A stretch of DNA of 64,000 nucleotides, the filler included, from Stramenopiles sp. TOSAG23-3 (Eukaryota): assembly GCA_900128585.1 (NCBI GenBank). It is 15 parts of 15 records of this genome, joined end to end, with 100 filler letters (N's around TTAATTAATTAA, not from the genome) between each part and the next. Parts side by side here need not be neighbours in the genome. Positions count along the whole stretch, not along the records: positions 30,087 to 34,276 come from LT643918.1; positions 34,377 to 38,563 come from LT643919.1; positions 38,664 to 42,849 come from LT643920.1; 12 more parts are not named here. One strand, written 5' to 3'. The translations under genes were made by a program, and so were the position numbers. Shown here one piece after another: positions 31,778-41,455 of the stretch. Below the pieces are notes generated by a model that was not told where the DNA came from, did no database searches, and saw nothing but the letters and a program-made list of their open reading frames with translations. The stretch's first letter is position 1; the number at the start of each line of letters is the position of its first letter.

Positions 31778-33859
31778 CTACCCATGCCTGCCAAAGCAGT
31801 GCGCCGCGTAGTCCATCAGCCAGCTCTCCTCTGCTACCGTCATGCACCTGATGTATTTTTTTTTCGTCTTCACCATCTCCACATACACCACAAAAGTTGC
31901 GGGGACTTTCGGCCGGAACAACACGGACGTTGGGTGAATTTGCACGTCGACTTGGTCGACGGTCGTCTTGTACCCTTTCCCGTCGGGGTTGAGACGGGCT
32001 GTCGAAAGGTAGCAACCGGCCACCAAACATTTGCAGATTTTCTCGTCTTCTTGCGCCTCGACAATGGGAAGTCGCATCTTTAACAGTTGCTCTTTGATCT
32101 GGTGCCTTATTTTCAGTGCATGCTTCACCGACCGGCCGTTGATAAAGTTATCGCGGCACCAGCTCTTTGACCCAACCTCTTTCGACTCCTTCAAGTAGCC
32201 CTCGTACACGTTCAGCAAGGTCAAGTGGTCCCCAAGCTCGTGGGCAAAGCGCTTGTGCCTTTCTCCGGCGATCTCGCGCTTGTTATTCGGGGAGTAGAAA
32301 ATGCTCTCCGCCGACAGCATGCTAATAATCGTCAATATCTCTTTGGAGCACATAAAATCTTCTTCGGTGGATTTGAGCAGCAGAAGGCCAAACCTTGGCT
32401 CCAACGGCAACTCCGCCAGCCGCTTCCCGAGCGCCGTCAGTTTTCCGGTCTTTTTCTCCAACGCCTGCATCAGCGTAAGGTTTGAAATAGCTTTCCGGAT
32501 CGCACGAACGGGGGGCGGCTCGATGAAGTCAAACGCTTCCACCTTATGCACGCCCAGTGCTTTGAGCTGCAGCACCAGCGTGGTCAGGGACGCGCGGTGG
32601 ATCTCCGACTTCCCAACGTCCTCCAAGCCTTCGAACTGGGGCTCTGGGTACAGGCGGAAGCATTTCCCTTTGCTTTGCCGCCCAGCCCGCCCAGCGCGCT
32701 GCCAGGCCTGCGCTTTCGATGTGGGCACCGTGCGGAGGTACTCCATCCCAGTCCTTGGCAGGTGGCCCTTGACTTTCACAAACCCTGGGTCTACCACGTA
32801 GCAGATTCCATCTATGGTGATGGAGGTCTCGGCTATGTTCGTAGCGAGAACTATTTTTCGCATCCCGTCCGGCGTCGGGGCAAACGCCAGCATTTGCTTC
32901 TCCGGCGGCAACGCCGCATAGATGGGGGTGATCAGGAGCCCATCGACGCTGGCAGGCAGGCGGGACGCCCTCTCCGTCAACAACTCGTACAGGTTCTCGA
33001 TGTCCTCCTGACCTGGCAAAAACACCAGGATGTCCCCCCCACGGGGTTCCGTGAAGTGAATCTGAAGCGTTGAGGTCAGCGCGGCGTCGACGTAATCGTT
33101 CTGCGCCTCGCTCGCGTAGTACACGTCGACAGGGAACGTCCGGCCCGGAATCCGCAAGATCGGGGCGTTGTCAAAATACTTCGAGAACATTTCCGTTTGC
33201 AGGGTGGCGGACATGACGATTACGCGCAGAAAGCTGCCCTTGCCCTTCTTGTTCCTCTCTTTCTGGATCTCTTTTACGATGCCAAACAAGATGTCCGTGT
33301 GCATGGTCCGTTCGTGGGCCTCGTCGAGGATAATGGTCGAGTACCTACTCAGCCAAGGGTCCAGCAGCGCTTCCCTCAGCAACAGCCCGTCCGTCATGTA
33401 CTTGATCGCTGTCCGGCTCGACGTCTTGTTGTCAAACCGGACCGCATATCCTACCAGGCCCGCTCCCAGATCAGTCCTCATCTCTGACGCCACCCGCTTT
33501 GAGACGCTCATTGCCGCGACCCTCCGCGGCTGCGTCACGGCCACCATGCGGTTGTTGGACAGCCCGCCTTTGTAAATGTACTGGGGCAGCTGGGTCGTTT
33601 TCCCACTGCCGGTTTCGCCTACAAGAACCACGGTCGGGTTCTTCGCGACCGTCTTTAAAATCTCTCTGCGAAACGCTCGGATTGGAAGCTTCTTCTTTAT
33701 CCCGTCGCTCTTTGCCGCCTTTGCCCCTGCCTGGGGCATGGTGACTATCTTTTGCCCCCCGACGGACTTCGAATGCTCCCGCCGCCCGGCCTGTCCTGGC
33801 TTCCCTGGGCCGCGCTCCCCGGAGTTACTCCGACGGCGTTTCTTCTTTCTCCTCTTCAT
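31778..33859 (-). CDS. DHX33: DEAH-box RNA helicase, DHX33/Dhr2-like
   Basis: GETGSGKTTQ, TQPRRVAA, DEAH, SAT, TNIAETSITIDG and QRAGRAGR; HA2 and OB-fold C-terminus. The short N-terminus and FLPGQEDIE fit DHX33, but the subfamily call is less certain. Confidence 0.85.
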   Translation of the reverse strand: MKRRKKKRRRSNSGERGPGKPGQAGRREHSKSVGGQKIVTMPQAGAKAAKSDGIKKKLPIRAFRREILKTVAKNPTVVLVGETGSGKTTQLPQYIYKGGLSNNRMVAVTQPRRVAAMSVSKRVASEMRTDLGAGLVGYAVRFDNKTSSRTAIKYMTDGLLLREALLDPWLSRYSTIILDEAHERTMHTDILFGIVKEIQKERNKKGKGSFLRVIVMSATLQTEMFSKYFDNAPILRIPGRTFPVDVYYASEAQNDYVDAALTSTLQIHFTEPRGGDILVFLPGQEDIENLYELLTERASRLPASVDGLLITPIYAALPPEKQMLAFAPTPDGMRKIVLATNIAETSITIDGICYVVDPGFVKVKGHLPRTGMEYLRTVPTSKAQAWQRAGRAGRQSKGKCFRLYPEPQFEGLEDVGKSEIHRASLTTLVLQLKALGVHKVEAFDFIEPPPVRAIRKAISNLTLMQALEKKTGKLTALGKRLAELPLEPRFGLLLLKSTEEDFMCSKEILTIISMLSAESIFYSPNNKREIAGERHKRFAHELGDHLTLLNVYEGYLKESKEVGSKSWCRDNFINGRSVKHALKIRHQIKEQLLKMRLPIVEAQEDEKICKCLVAGCYLSTARLNPDGKGYKTTVDQVDVQIHPTSVLFRPKVPATFVVYVEMVKTKKKYIRCMTVAEESWLMDYAAHCFGRHG

Positions 33860-34377
33860 TCCGAAATCCCTGTACTACCGAGAGTAAGGTCAGTTTGATT
33901 CTACACTGTCAATAAGCGCCGGGGCCAATTTCAAGATAACGCAAAGTCCAATAATGCAAGCAACGCGGGAACGTGCTTTCTTTCGTTTCAGGACTAGCTG
34001 TTCCGGGGTATCTTCTTCGCACAAACGTTGAACGAAGGACTTCTTCGGGGGCATTGTCGTCGGCGCAATTTAAAGTGTATAAAAATAAAAACAAATTTGT
34101 AAGAACTTTCCTTTCTTCCTACTATTTCAATTCGATGTATTCCTCTTTCCCTGTAGGATTTTACTTGAATTATATCAAAATCTCTATCTACTTATCTAAT
34201 CTATCATATCACTCAAACCCTCAAACATTTCATTTAAGCACTCTCACACTCTAATTTTTTGTGTTGAATAATGGTANNNNNNNNNNNNNNNNNNNNNNNN
34301 NNNNNNNNNNNNNNNNNNNNTTAATTAATTAANNNNNNNNNNNNNNNNNNNNNNNNNNNNNNNNNNNNNNNNNNNNT

Positions 34378-37300
34378 GAGTGGAGTAATACGATCAAAGG
34401 ATGGGGTTGCCCGTCCTGGGAAACAGCTAGGAAAGAGAATCATCCGAGCAAAGAAAGAACGCCTGCGGCTCGCGATTCGCGTTCAACGTATCGCCTTACT
34501 GAAGGCACAGATTTCGAAGACGAACAATTCAGTTTTGTTACTGCCAGGAGAGGAACCAATTCGGGACCAACAGTTCCTAGCAACGCTCAAATCCGGACGC
34601 CCAGCCTGGTCCAGCAGGACAGAAAAGGCGGCCAGCGCAATAGTGTATCATACGCTAATCAAGAGGTGGTGGGAAAGTCACCAACGTCGCCTTCCGACAA
34701 CGTTGTCTCCAATAGGTCGACTCCGCAAGGCCCTGCCAGCGTGGAAGAGCCTTATGCCAGAAGCGGAATGGTCCCACAACCTAATCCAACGAGGTTTTCG
34801 AGTAGTGTGTCCAGGTTACAAGGGCCAGACGTCTGTCCCGGTCCCTCTGTCGGACAACCGAAATCGAGACAATATATGGGGAGAGTTAGGCAAAGAGTAC
34901 GAAGTAGGAGTTTTGAAGAAACTAACTCCGTCATCTCACCCCAGTTACTTCCAGGAAGACGAGCCCCGATTGGGTCAGGGAAAGTTTTTCGTCCAAATTC
35001 ACCACATAACTCAAAACGGAAAAGAGCGAGTCGTTTGGGATATGAGTCCTCTCAACAAATGGGGACAGGCCCAACACTACAAGTCTCATCCGGTACGGGA
35101 CTTCCAGAGGCTGATGCAGAGCGGCGACTACTTTTTCGGGATGGACATAAAGCGCTACTACCACAGCGTGGAGCTAGAGGAGAGATCGAAAGATCTATGT
35201 CTGGTATGGATAGGCGCATCCACATGGTCCGAAGAAGTCTTCCACACCAAAGAACCGGTGATATTGCAAGCTCAAACGATAGTATTCGGGCTACGCGACG
35301 CCCCTCGTGTCATGGAGAAACTGTTAAAACCAGTCGACGCAAGAATCAGGAGTCAGGGATATCGGATGGTACGTATCATGGACGACCTAGTCGTCATGAC
35401 TCGTTCAATGGTTCAACACGTGCAAGCGACGAAGTTTGTGATAGACTTTCTAGTCCAACTCGGAATTCTTATTTCGTGGAAGAAGTCGACGGTCCGCCCG
35501 GAACATTGTATCGTATTTTACGGCCTGTTATGGAATTCAACAGTAAACGCAGTGTTCATCCCCAAAAGCAAACTGTCACGAATGGCTCAGATGACGCTGG
35601 AGTTATCTCGCTCCCACACCGCCACAGCGGCTCGAATAGCCAGCATTGTGGGGAAGCTACGAAGCGTCCAAGCGGCTCTGTACCCAGCAACTCTGTGGGT
35701 GAAGCAATCCCAGAAATGGATCAACAGGACAGCAGCTCTCAGGGGATGGTATACCCCCGAAGTGCTCACCCAAGCAGTGAAGGAAGAATTGGAACAATGG
35801 GGCCCACGTTTGTTAGCTCACAATGGGTTGAGTGTGAAACCCCCGAAGATTTCGACGCTGCTAGCCGACGACGCGGCAGAATTCGGAATAGGGGGAATGT
35901 GTCTGGATACACTAGAAGCGATCCAGGCAATATGGCACAACGGTCGGGACAAGTCTTCAAACGAGCGAGAACTTCGCGCAGATATAATCACAGCGACGCA
36001 CTTTATTCACCGGCACGATCTAAGAAATGTTTCGATAGGAATACTATCAGACAACACAACGAGCACGTTCTACCTGAACAAACACGGAGGACGTCAATCG
36101 TTGCTAGATCGGCTGACTCGTGCATTTCTGGAATGGTGTTTGGTCGAGAGGAACATTCGAATAGCAGTTTATCACTGCCCAGGAGTCGATATCATCGAAC
36201 TGGGAGTGGACGGATTTTCCCGAGGGACGAACCCACAGTTCAGCCTCCATCCGAAGGTGACAGAGTGGCTGAAAGCTCAGCACCGGGTAAAGATAGTTCT
36301 CCTCCCTTTGTTCAACCAGATTCTGGCGCTGCTCGACAAACTGATACAAGTAAAGAAAAAAATAGCGATAGTAGTGACTCCGATTTGGCCACAAGCACCA
36401 TGGTGGCCCCAACTGCTGTCAATGATAGTCGGGTTTCCATCGCTTCTGCCGAAAGACAGCAGAACCCTGACGATCGCCAACGAAGAAGAGAAAGAGAGGT
36501 CCAAGCGCTTCCATCTCAGACAAGAATTAGTAGCCTGGAGGCTCTCCGGATCGAAAAGGCATGTTCAACATGGTCAAAGGAAGATTTCCAAACTCAATTT
36601 GACGGAGCTCGAGGTACGAAAGAGAATCGAAAGTACGAGCTTCCCTGGGCTAGATGGATCGTCTTCAGTAACGAATACGAACCGAAGGGGACACGAAATC
36701 CTGAATGGCGTCTTTCGATACATAAGCACGCATCTTTCTTAACAGAAATTTGGAACGGTTTTGGAGCAATGAAAACATCTCATTCTCGCGCAATTTATAG
36801 AATGCACAACAGCGCAATCTGCACGACATTCGAGACTGGGGGTATGATAGACCCTAACCTCCCACGGCTAGCCAGCTTGGTTAAGTCCAGCCCTGTTGCC
36901 CGGAATTTTCTAAATGCGCAGTTACGCGCTCAAGCTGCTTGCCGCCAACCGAAGATTGGGTTGAAAGCCGCGCAGCAAAAGGCGACAAAATGGGACCCTT
37001 GTAAGATTTTTGAGTTTTGGCACCATTTTCCAAGCCTTCAGACAATGAAGTTAGCGAAGTGGCCGATGACACTCATTCGCATTATTATTCGCGCGAAAGC
37101 AGTAGCAATCCTCCGTCTTGAAGGGGCGGTTCGATCTAGCGATACATCCTCAGTATCGTGGCTCACGGTAAAACCTCAGTTTTGGGAATCTGACCCAATT
37201 CCTACGATTGCTAAGATGTCGATACGATATTACAATACGAAGTCTAGTAAATTGAAGAAGGACTTCGGGGCGTCGACCAGTCCTATAGATTTGTTTAAGT

Positions 37301-37935
37301 ACAACTCGTCTAACTCATGTGTAGTCAATACAATTTTCGAGTTACGCGCCGTCCGGCACAACGACGAGTCCAACCACTTAAGCTTCGCCCCGATGTTTAC
37401 CAGCCTGACTCGTCGTCGGGACAGTCAGTCGGGTGAGTTGAAGTACATCGCAATTGGATCCCAACGTCTTAGCAAGATCTTTCGGATCTCTCTGTTAGCC
37501 GCAGGGATAACCGGGTCCTCTCCAAGGGAAGCACGACACATGTCAACCTCGAAAGCGCATAACGCGGGTTCGAGTGACACTCAGATCTGCAACTATGGTC
37601 TGTGGACCTCTTTTGCAACGTTCAAGAAGCACTACCTGAAGAACGTTCAAGTAGAGTGCCCTGGGCTTAATGACCCTACCTTCTCTGCAGCTATACGGCT
37701 GGGTATGGTGTCTTTGCATGGTTCTGAGAAGGCTCAGGCGCTAAAAAGGAACATCGACTGTTTCCTGAACTTGTCTCAGTTCCAGTTGAACTGTTCAAAG
37801 TCGAGCAGTAAGTCTCGTACGCTCCGGATTACTCACAAGGTATCCGACGCGCAGATCCGAAAGGCAGTTCAAATTGAAATGAACGGTGTCTCGTACTCGT
37901 TCCGCGATACAAATCGCAGGAGCTTGGTTCCCTGA
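34378..37935 (+). CDS. DIRS tyrosine recombinase ORF with a long disordered N-terminus overprinted on pol (5'-open)
   Basis: YR residues: R (GAVRSSD, 37132), K (YNTKS), RxxR (SPREARH, 37525-37536), W (GLWTS, 37603) and Y (TFKKHY, 37633). Confidence 0.82.
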   Translation, partial: EWSNTIKGWGCPSWETARKENHPSKERTPAARDSRSTYRLTEGTDFEDEQFSFVTARRGTNSGPTVPSNAQIRTPSLVQQDRKGGQRNSVSYANQEVVGKSPTSPSDNVVSNRSTPQGPASVEEPYARSGMVPQPNPTRFSSSVSRLQGPDVCPGPSVGQPKSRQYMGRVRQRVRSRSFEETNSVISPQLLPGRRAPIGSGKVFRPNSPHNSKRKRASRLGYESSQQMGTGPTLQVSSGTGLPEADAERRLLFRDGHKALLPQRGARGEIERSMSGMDRRIHMVRRSLPHQRTGDIASSNDSIRATRRPSCHGETVKTSRRKNQESGISDGTYHGRPSRHDSFNGSTRASDEVCDRLSSPTRNSYFVEEVDGPPGTLYRILRPVMEFNSKRSVHPQKQTVTNGSDDAGVISLPHRHSGSNSQHCGEATKRPSGSVPSNSVGEAIPEMDQQDSSSQGMVYPRSAHPSSEGRIGTMGPTFVSSQWVECETPEDFDAASRRRGRIRNRGNVSGYTRSDPGNMAQRSGQVFKRARTSRRYNHSDALYSPARSKKCFDRNTIRQHNEHVLPEQTRRTSIVARSADSCISGMVFGREEHSNSSLSLPRSRYHRTGSGRIFPRDEPTVQPPSEGDRVAESSAPGKDSSPPFVQPDSGAARQTDTSKEKNSDSSDSDLATSTMVAPTAVNDSRVSIASAERQQNPDDRQRRREREVQALPSQTRISSLEALRIEKACSTWSKEDFQTQFDGARGTKENRKYELPWARWIVFSNEYEPKGTRNPEWRLSIHKHASFLTEIWNGFGAMKTSHSRAIYRMHNSAICTTFETGGMIDPNLPRLASLVKSSPVARNFLNAQLRAQAACRQPKIGLKAAQQKATKWDPCKIFEFWHHFPSLQTMKLAKWPMTLIRIIIRAKAVAILRLEGAVRSSDTSSVSWLTVKPQFWESDPIPTIAKMSIRYYNTKSSKLKKDFGASTSPIDLFKYNSSNSCVVNTIFELRAVRHNDESNHLSFAPMFTSLTRRRDSQSGELKYIAIGSQRLSKIFRISLLAAGITGSSPREARHMSTSKAHNAGSSDTQICNYGLWTSFATFKKHYLKNVQVECPGLNDPTFSAAIRLGMVSLHGSEKAQALKRNIDCFLNLSQFQLNCSKSSSKSRTLRITHKVSDAQIRKAVQIEMNGVSYSFRDTNRRSLVP
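34379..36742 (+). CDS. DIRS pol: reverse transcriptase, RNase H and degenerate methyltransferase-like domain (5'-open)
   Basis: RT motifs KERVVWDMSPLN, DIKRYYHSV, FGLRDAPRV and IMDD. RNase H motifs DAAEFGIGG, SNERE, SDNTT and VDGFSR. MT-like tail IVVTPIWPQAPWWPQL. Frame is open from the contig start. Confidence 0.88.
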   Translation, partial: SGVIRSKDGVARPGKQLGKRIIRAKKERLRLAIRVQRIALLKAQISKTNNSVLLLPGEEPIRDQQFLATLKSGRPAWSSRTEKAASAIVYHTLIKRWWESHQRRLPTTLSPIGRLRKALPAWKSLMPEAEWSHNLIQRGFRVVCPGYKGQTSVPVPLSDNRNRDNIWGELGKEYEVGVLKKLTPSSHPSYFQEDEPRLGQGKFFVQIHHITQNGKERVVWDMSPLNKWGQAQHYKSHPVRDFQRLMQSGDYFFGMDIKRYYHSVELEERSKDLCLVWIGASTWSEEVFHTKEPVILQAQTIVFGLRDAPRVMEKLLKPVDARIRSQGYRMVRIMDDLVVMTRSMVQHVQATKFVIDFLVQLGILISWKKSTVRPEHCIVFYGLLWNSTVNAVFIPKSKLSRMAQMTLELSRSHTATAARIASIVGKLRSVQAALYPATLWVKQSQKWINRTAALRGWYTPEVLTQAVKEELEQWGPRLLAHNGLSVKPPKISTLLADDAAEFGIGGMCLDTLEAIQAIWHNGRDKSSNERELRADIITATHFIHRHDLRNVSIGILSDNTTSTFYLNKHGGRQSLLDRLTRAFLEWCLVERNIRIAVYHCPGVDIIELGVDGFSRGTNPQFSLHPKVTEWLKAQHRVKIVLLPLFNQILALLDKLIQVKKKIAIVVTPIWPQAPWWPQLLSMIVGFPSLLPKDSRTLTIANEEEKERSKRFHLRQELVAWRLSGSKRHVQHGQRKISKLNLTELEVRKRIESTSFPGLDGSSSVTNTNRRGHEILNGVFRYISTHLS

Positions 37936-39470
37936 GTGTGGTTTCCGACTGGTACGCCAGTTTGTCTCCAACTCCGGGCTCCTATAAGTCTCTGGGCCTG
38001 ACCATAATGGCAGGTAACGGTAGTTCTAATATCTACTTTCCTGGGGAAGAAGAGTACCCAGAGGTCGAACACTCCACTCCAGTGGTTAGTTATTGTTCTT
38101 GTTCATGGAGCGTAAGCTTCATTGTAGTAGAAGGAGGTGAGTTGTTGCACCTACCTTTTACGCCATATTAGTTAGACGGCGAGGAAGCACACAGTTGTGA
38201 TGTGGACCGATGTCTTTACAAAATATTTAAATGTTTTGTTTTCTTGAAAATTTTTTTTTTGTGATTGATTGCTGTTCGAAAGAGCGTAGTTTCGAGTAGA
38301 CATGTACATTCGTTACATGCCTGACAATGGTCAAGTCAACAACAGTGACAATGTCAGGGCAGTGTTTAGTAACGTAGTCCGGACCGGTTGTGATGGAATA
38401 CGTTTCGTTTTATTTTTTTTTAGGGGCGATAGGTGATGTTTCATCTTCTCATATCCTAACTATCGGCATAAATGCCGATGGATGTTCTCTTCGACTTCTA
38501 GGTACATAGTACCGACGAAGGTCGAATAGAACTCCGAGGTAGAATATAAAGATAGTTAGGATANNNNNNNNNNNNNNNNNNNNNNNNNNNNNNNNNNNNN
38601 NNNNNNNTTAATTAATTAANNNNNNNNNNNNNNNNNNNNNNNNNNNNNNNNNNNNNNNNNNNNTGTGAGTTGATCTTTTTATCTTTTATGTTTACGTTTA
38701 ATGTATCTTTTTCGTTCGGTAGCGTTCGGTGTGTTTGTACAAAACCCAACGCGTTGCTTTTGTGTGATAGAACTATATTAAATACAATGAAGAAGAATAT
38801 TTTGGAATTTCAGCAAATGTCATCGGACTTGGGTGAGGGTCTATTTATATGCTATATGCATGTTAATAGATACTCACACGAATAACATACACACAGTGTG
38901 GATAATGAAAAAAAAAGCAAAGTAATTTTCATTTTATATTATATAGGAATATATATAAGTACGACATTTAGTATACTAAATAAAAATAAAGAATCTACCC
39001 AATTTGTGCACAAAGTAATAAACGCTGCTATGACTATGTTATAGAAAATATTTTTTATCCTAATTTATAATACAGGTTATAGCATTAAACATGAAAAAAA
39101 AAGAAAGAAAATATAAATTATTTTTAATAATTCAGCACCTACATAATAACAGGTAAATAGCATGTAATAATAATTCATTCTTCTTCAATGACTCTTTTTG
39201 CCAATTAGTACTTGTCGACCTGTTGACCTTTTGATCGATGCAATGGGGGGAGCATCATCTCAATGCTTATTAATAGTATTGAAATACCATACAGTATTTA
39301 GAGAACAGAAAACGACTTTCACCGAACGAATTGAAATGTACAAAAGAAATAAAATTATACGTAAATATATAAAAAACAACCAACGAAACGATTTTCAAAA
39401 TACGTTTCGAATATAAGACGACATTTCTGTATCAAGAAACCCAACCATTCTTCCACAATTCAAACAAACC

Positions 39471-40538
39471 ATGCCGGCTTTCAATGCAACCGAGGAATTC
39501 AGCCCAACTTGGGCCAACATTGCTTCCACCAAGCCTGTGAACGTGTTAATACAACATACAAAGGAACACAGCAGGACCATTCTCTCCATTCTTTCGGAGG
39601 AACAACAACAAACGAGGAGTCGACGTCGAACATGTTGTTCTCCAAAAAAAAAGGAAGAGGGGGACATCGATTTCAAAGATATGGAATTGGATGGAGTGAA
39701 AGTGGAGCGTTTGCTTCAAACGCATTGGCCGCAGTATTTCACAGACGGTGTATTTTCAAAATGGAAAAAACTGCGGGAGAGGTGTTTGGCGAGCAAGAAC
39801 ATTCACCTTCAAGCCGTCGGTAAACACTTGCGGAATTTTCAGCGCGATTTTTCTAGGTTCAGACCAAAGTATGGCGCACCGGGTCTTGGTAGAGTGATTG
39901 CGGAAGCGGTCTTGTACTTTCGGGGGTTTGACCTGAAAAAATTGAACCTTGGAGCAAGAGACTGTGTCATAAATGCCGGTTTCAGCGAGAGCACAAGCCA
40001 TGCGTTGCACAGGTTACTCAGTTTGGGAAACATTGCAGTTCACTACGATACCCGTGACAGTACTCGCAAAGACTACGTTGATACCCTTCGGAATATTTTC
40101 ACCGTTTTATCACTTGGTGAGGTAAAGATTGCCGACGAACTTTTGAGTGGAAATGGAAGGGGAGCAGTTGTCCAAAACGAAGCGGTCAGTGGTGAGTTTC
40201 AGGCACGGTTGAATGCGCGGCGTGCGAAGGCGAACGATGTGGCCACGAAATGGCAAGCCATTGGAAGGCGTTGTCTGATTCATCTTTTCGCGCGTCAAGT
40301 CCAGCGTAGAATGGCAGCCCTGAAAGTCCAAAGGGGTGTTCGGGGTTTCTTAAGAAGGATACGCACGTGCAGAATATTGGCAGTGACAACACTGCAAGCC
40401 ATTTCGCGGAGATGGCTAACGACTCGCCATTCCCAGAAGAAAGCCGCTGGGGTGAAAGTACAATCATTTGTTCGCGGCTCTTTAGTACGCCGTCGCCGCA
40501 GAAAAAAGCGAGAAACTCTCGCGGCGAGGAAGAAGTAA
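39471..40538 (+). CDS. DUF4145/HEPN-like domain plus IQ calmodulin-binding motifs; possible C-terminal frameshift
   Basis: GRVIAEAVL...LHRLLSLGNIAVH. IQ-like KVQRGVRGFLRR, TLQAISRRWL and KVQSFVRGSLVRR. Coding-like acidic sequence continues in another frame to 40699 past an A6 run. Confidence 0.55.
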   Translation: MPAFNATEEFSPTWANIASTKPVNVLIQHTKEHSRTILSILSEEQQQTRSRRRTCCSPKKKEEGDIDFKDMELDGVKVERLLQTHWPQYFTDGVFSKWKKLRERCLASKNIHLQAVGKHLRNFQRDFSRFRPKYGAPGLGRVIAEAVLYFRGFDLKKLNLGARDCVINAGFSESTSHALHRLLSLGNIAVHYDTRDSTRKDYVDTLRNIFTVLSLGEVKIADELLSGNGRGAVVQNEAVSGEFQARLNARRAKANDVATKWQAIGRRCLIHLFARQVQRRMAALKVQRGVRGFLRRIRTCRILAVTTLQAISRRWLTTRHSQKKAAGVKVQSFVRGSLVRRRRRKKRETLAARKK

Positions 40539-41455
40539 ACTCGGTTGCAGAGAGACTGCCAGCGGCACACGAAGGTTTTGCGAGTCTTTCAGATGCGGCA
40601 CTTGCCATCGAATCGCAAGTGGAAATTGAAGTTGAAGAAACTCCGAATGAAACAGAAGTGTATATTAAAGAATCTCGTGGAAGCAAAAAAGGATCTTGAC
40701 CGTGCTGAAAGTGCTTGAACTTGACGGGCTTGATGAACAAAGCCATTATTATATCAATAATTGATGATGAATGAACTAGCCAAATAAATAAATAAATAAA
40801 TAATACTTAATTATGTTGGAAATACAATGCTTCTTGGTATTTATTAAATGTTATTTATATGTTATTTATATATACGACTATATTATTCAATTGAAATTAA
40901 GGATATAATTAATTATATTTTATTTCCCTCTACTAAAAGAGTACAGAGTACAGACCCAAACGACCCCACACTATTATCTCATTGATTGCCAATTTGATTA
41001 TTATCCAGCAGCAGCAGCACAGCGGCGTAGAATCATCATAATAATAATTGGAGTTTTTGTTGTTGTTGTTTGTTGTGTTGCTGTTGTGGAGTGTGGAGCG
41101 TTTGTTGGATGAATGAAAGAAAAAAAAGAAGAAGAAAAGAGAGAGAGAAGTGGAGGATGGAAGGAAGACGGAAGAAGATTGATTAAGAAAAAAAAGGAAG
41201 AAAGAAGAAGGGAATAATGATGATGTGTGTGTGTTTTGTATGATGTGGTGTTTACAGAATTATATTTATTAAATATTAAATATTGTTACCAATACTTTCA
41301 AGCAAGCAGAGGAATGATTCTGGATTTAATTTATAGATTTTCTTGTTTCTTTTGACGGGATAGTAGACAAATCAGTTACCAAAGAAAGAGAAAGAGGGAG
41401 AGAGAGAGAGGATAAGACAGCGAGAACATTTAGAGGTAAGCGAAATAGTTGAAGA

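Larger units (their letters stand above)
34377..38563 (+). mobile_element. DIRS-type tyrosine-recombinase retrotransposon (5' end and gag missing; right end probably intact)
   Basis: Overlapping RT/RNase H/MT-remnant and YR ORFs; the terminal 13 nt are the reverse complement of an internal segment about 100 nt upstream (ICR-like); the contig lacks host-type GAA tracts. Confidence 0.88.

Noticed and set aside
34377-34385. Contig start TGAG as the predicted DIRS left end
   Set aside because: Only 4 nt match before divergence, and both ORFs are already open there, so the contig begins inside the element.
38452-38563. Hammerhead or other self-cleaving ribozyme in the structured DIRS 3' end
   Set aside because: There is no CUGANGA/GAAA core at the stem junctions on either strand; the ICR/terminal-repeat explanation fits better.
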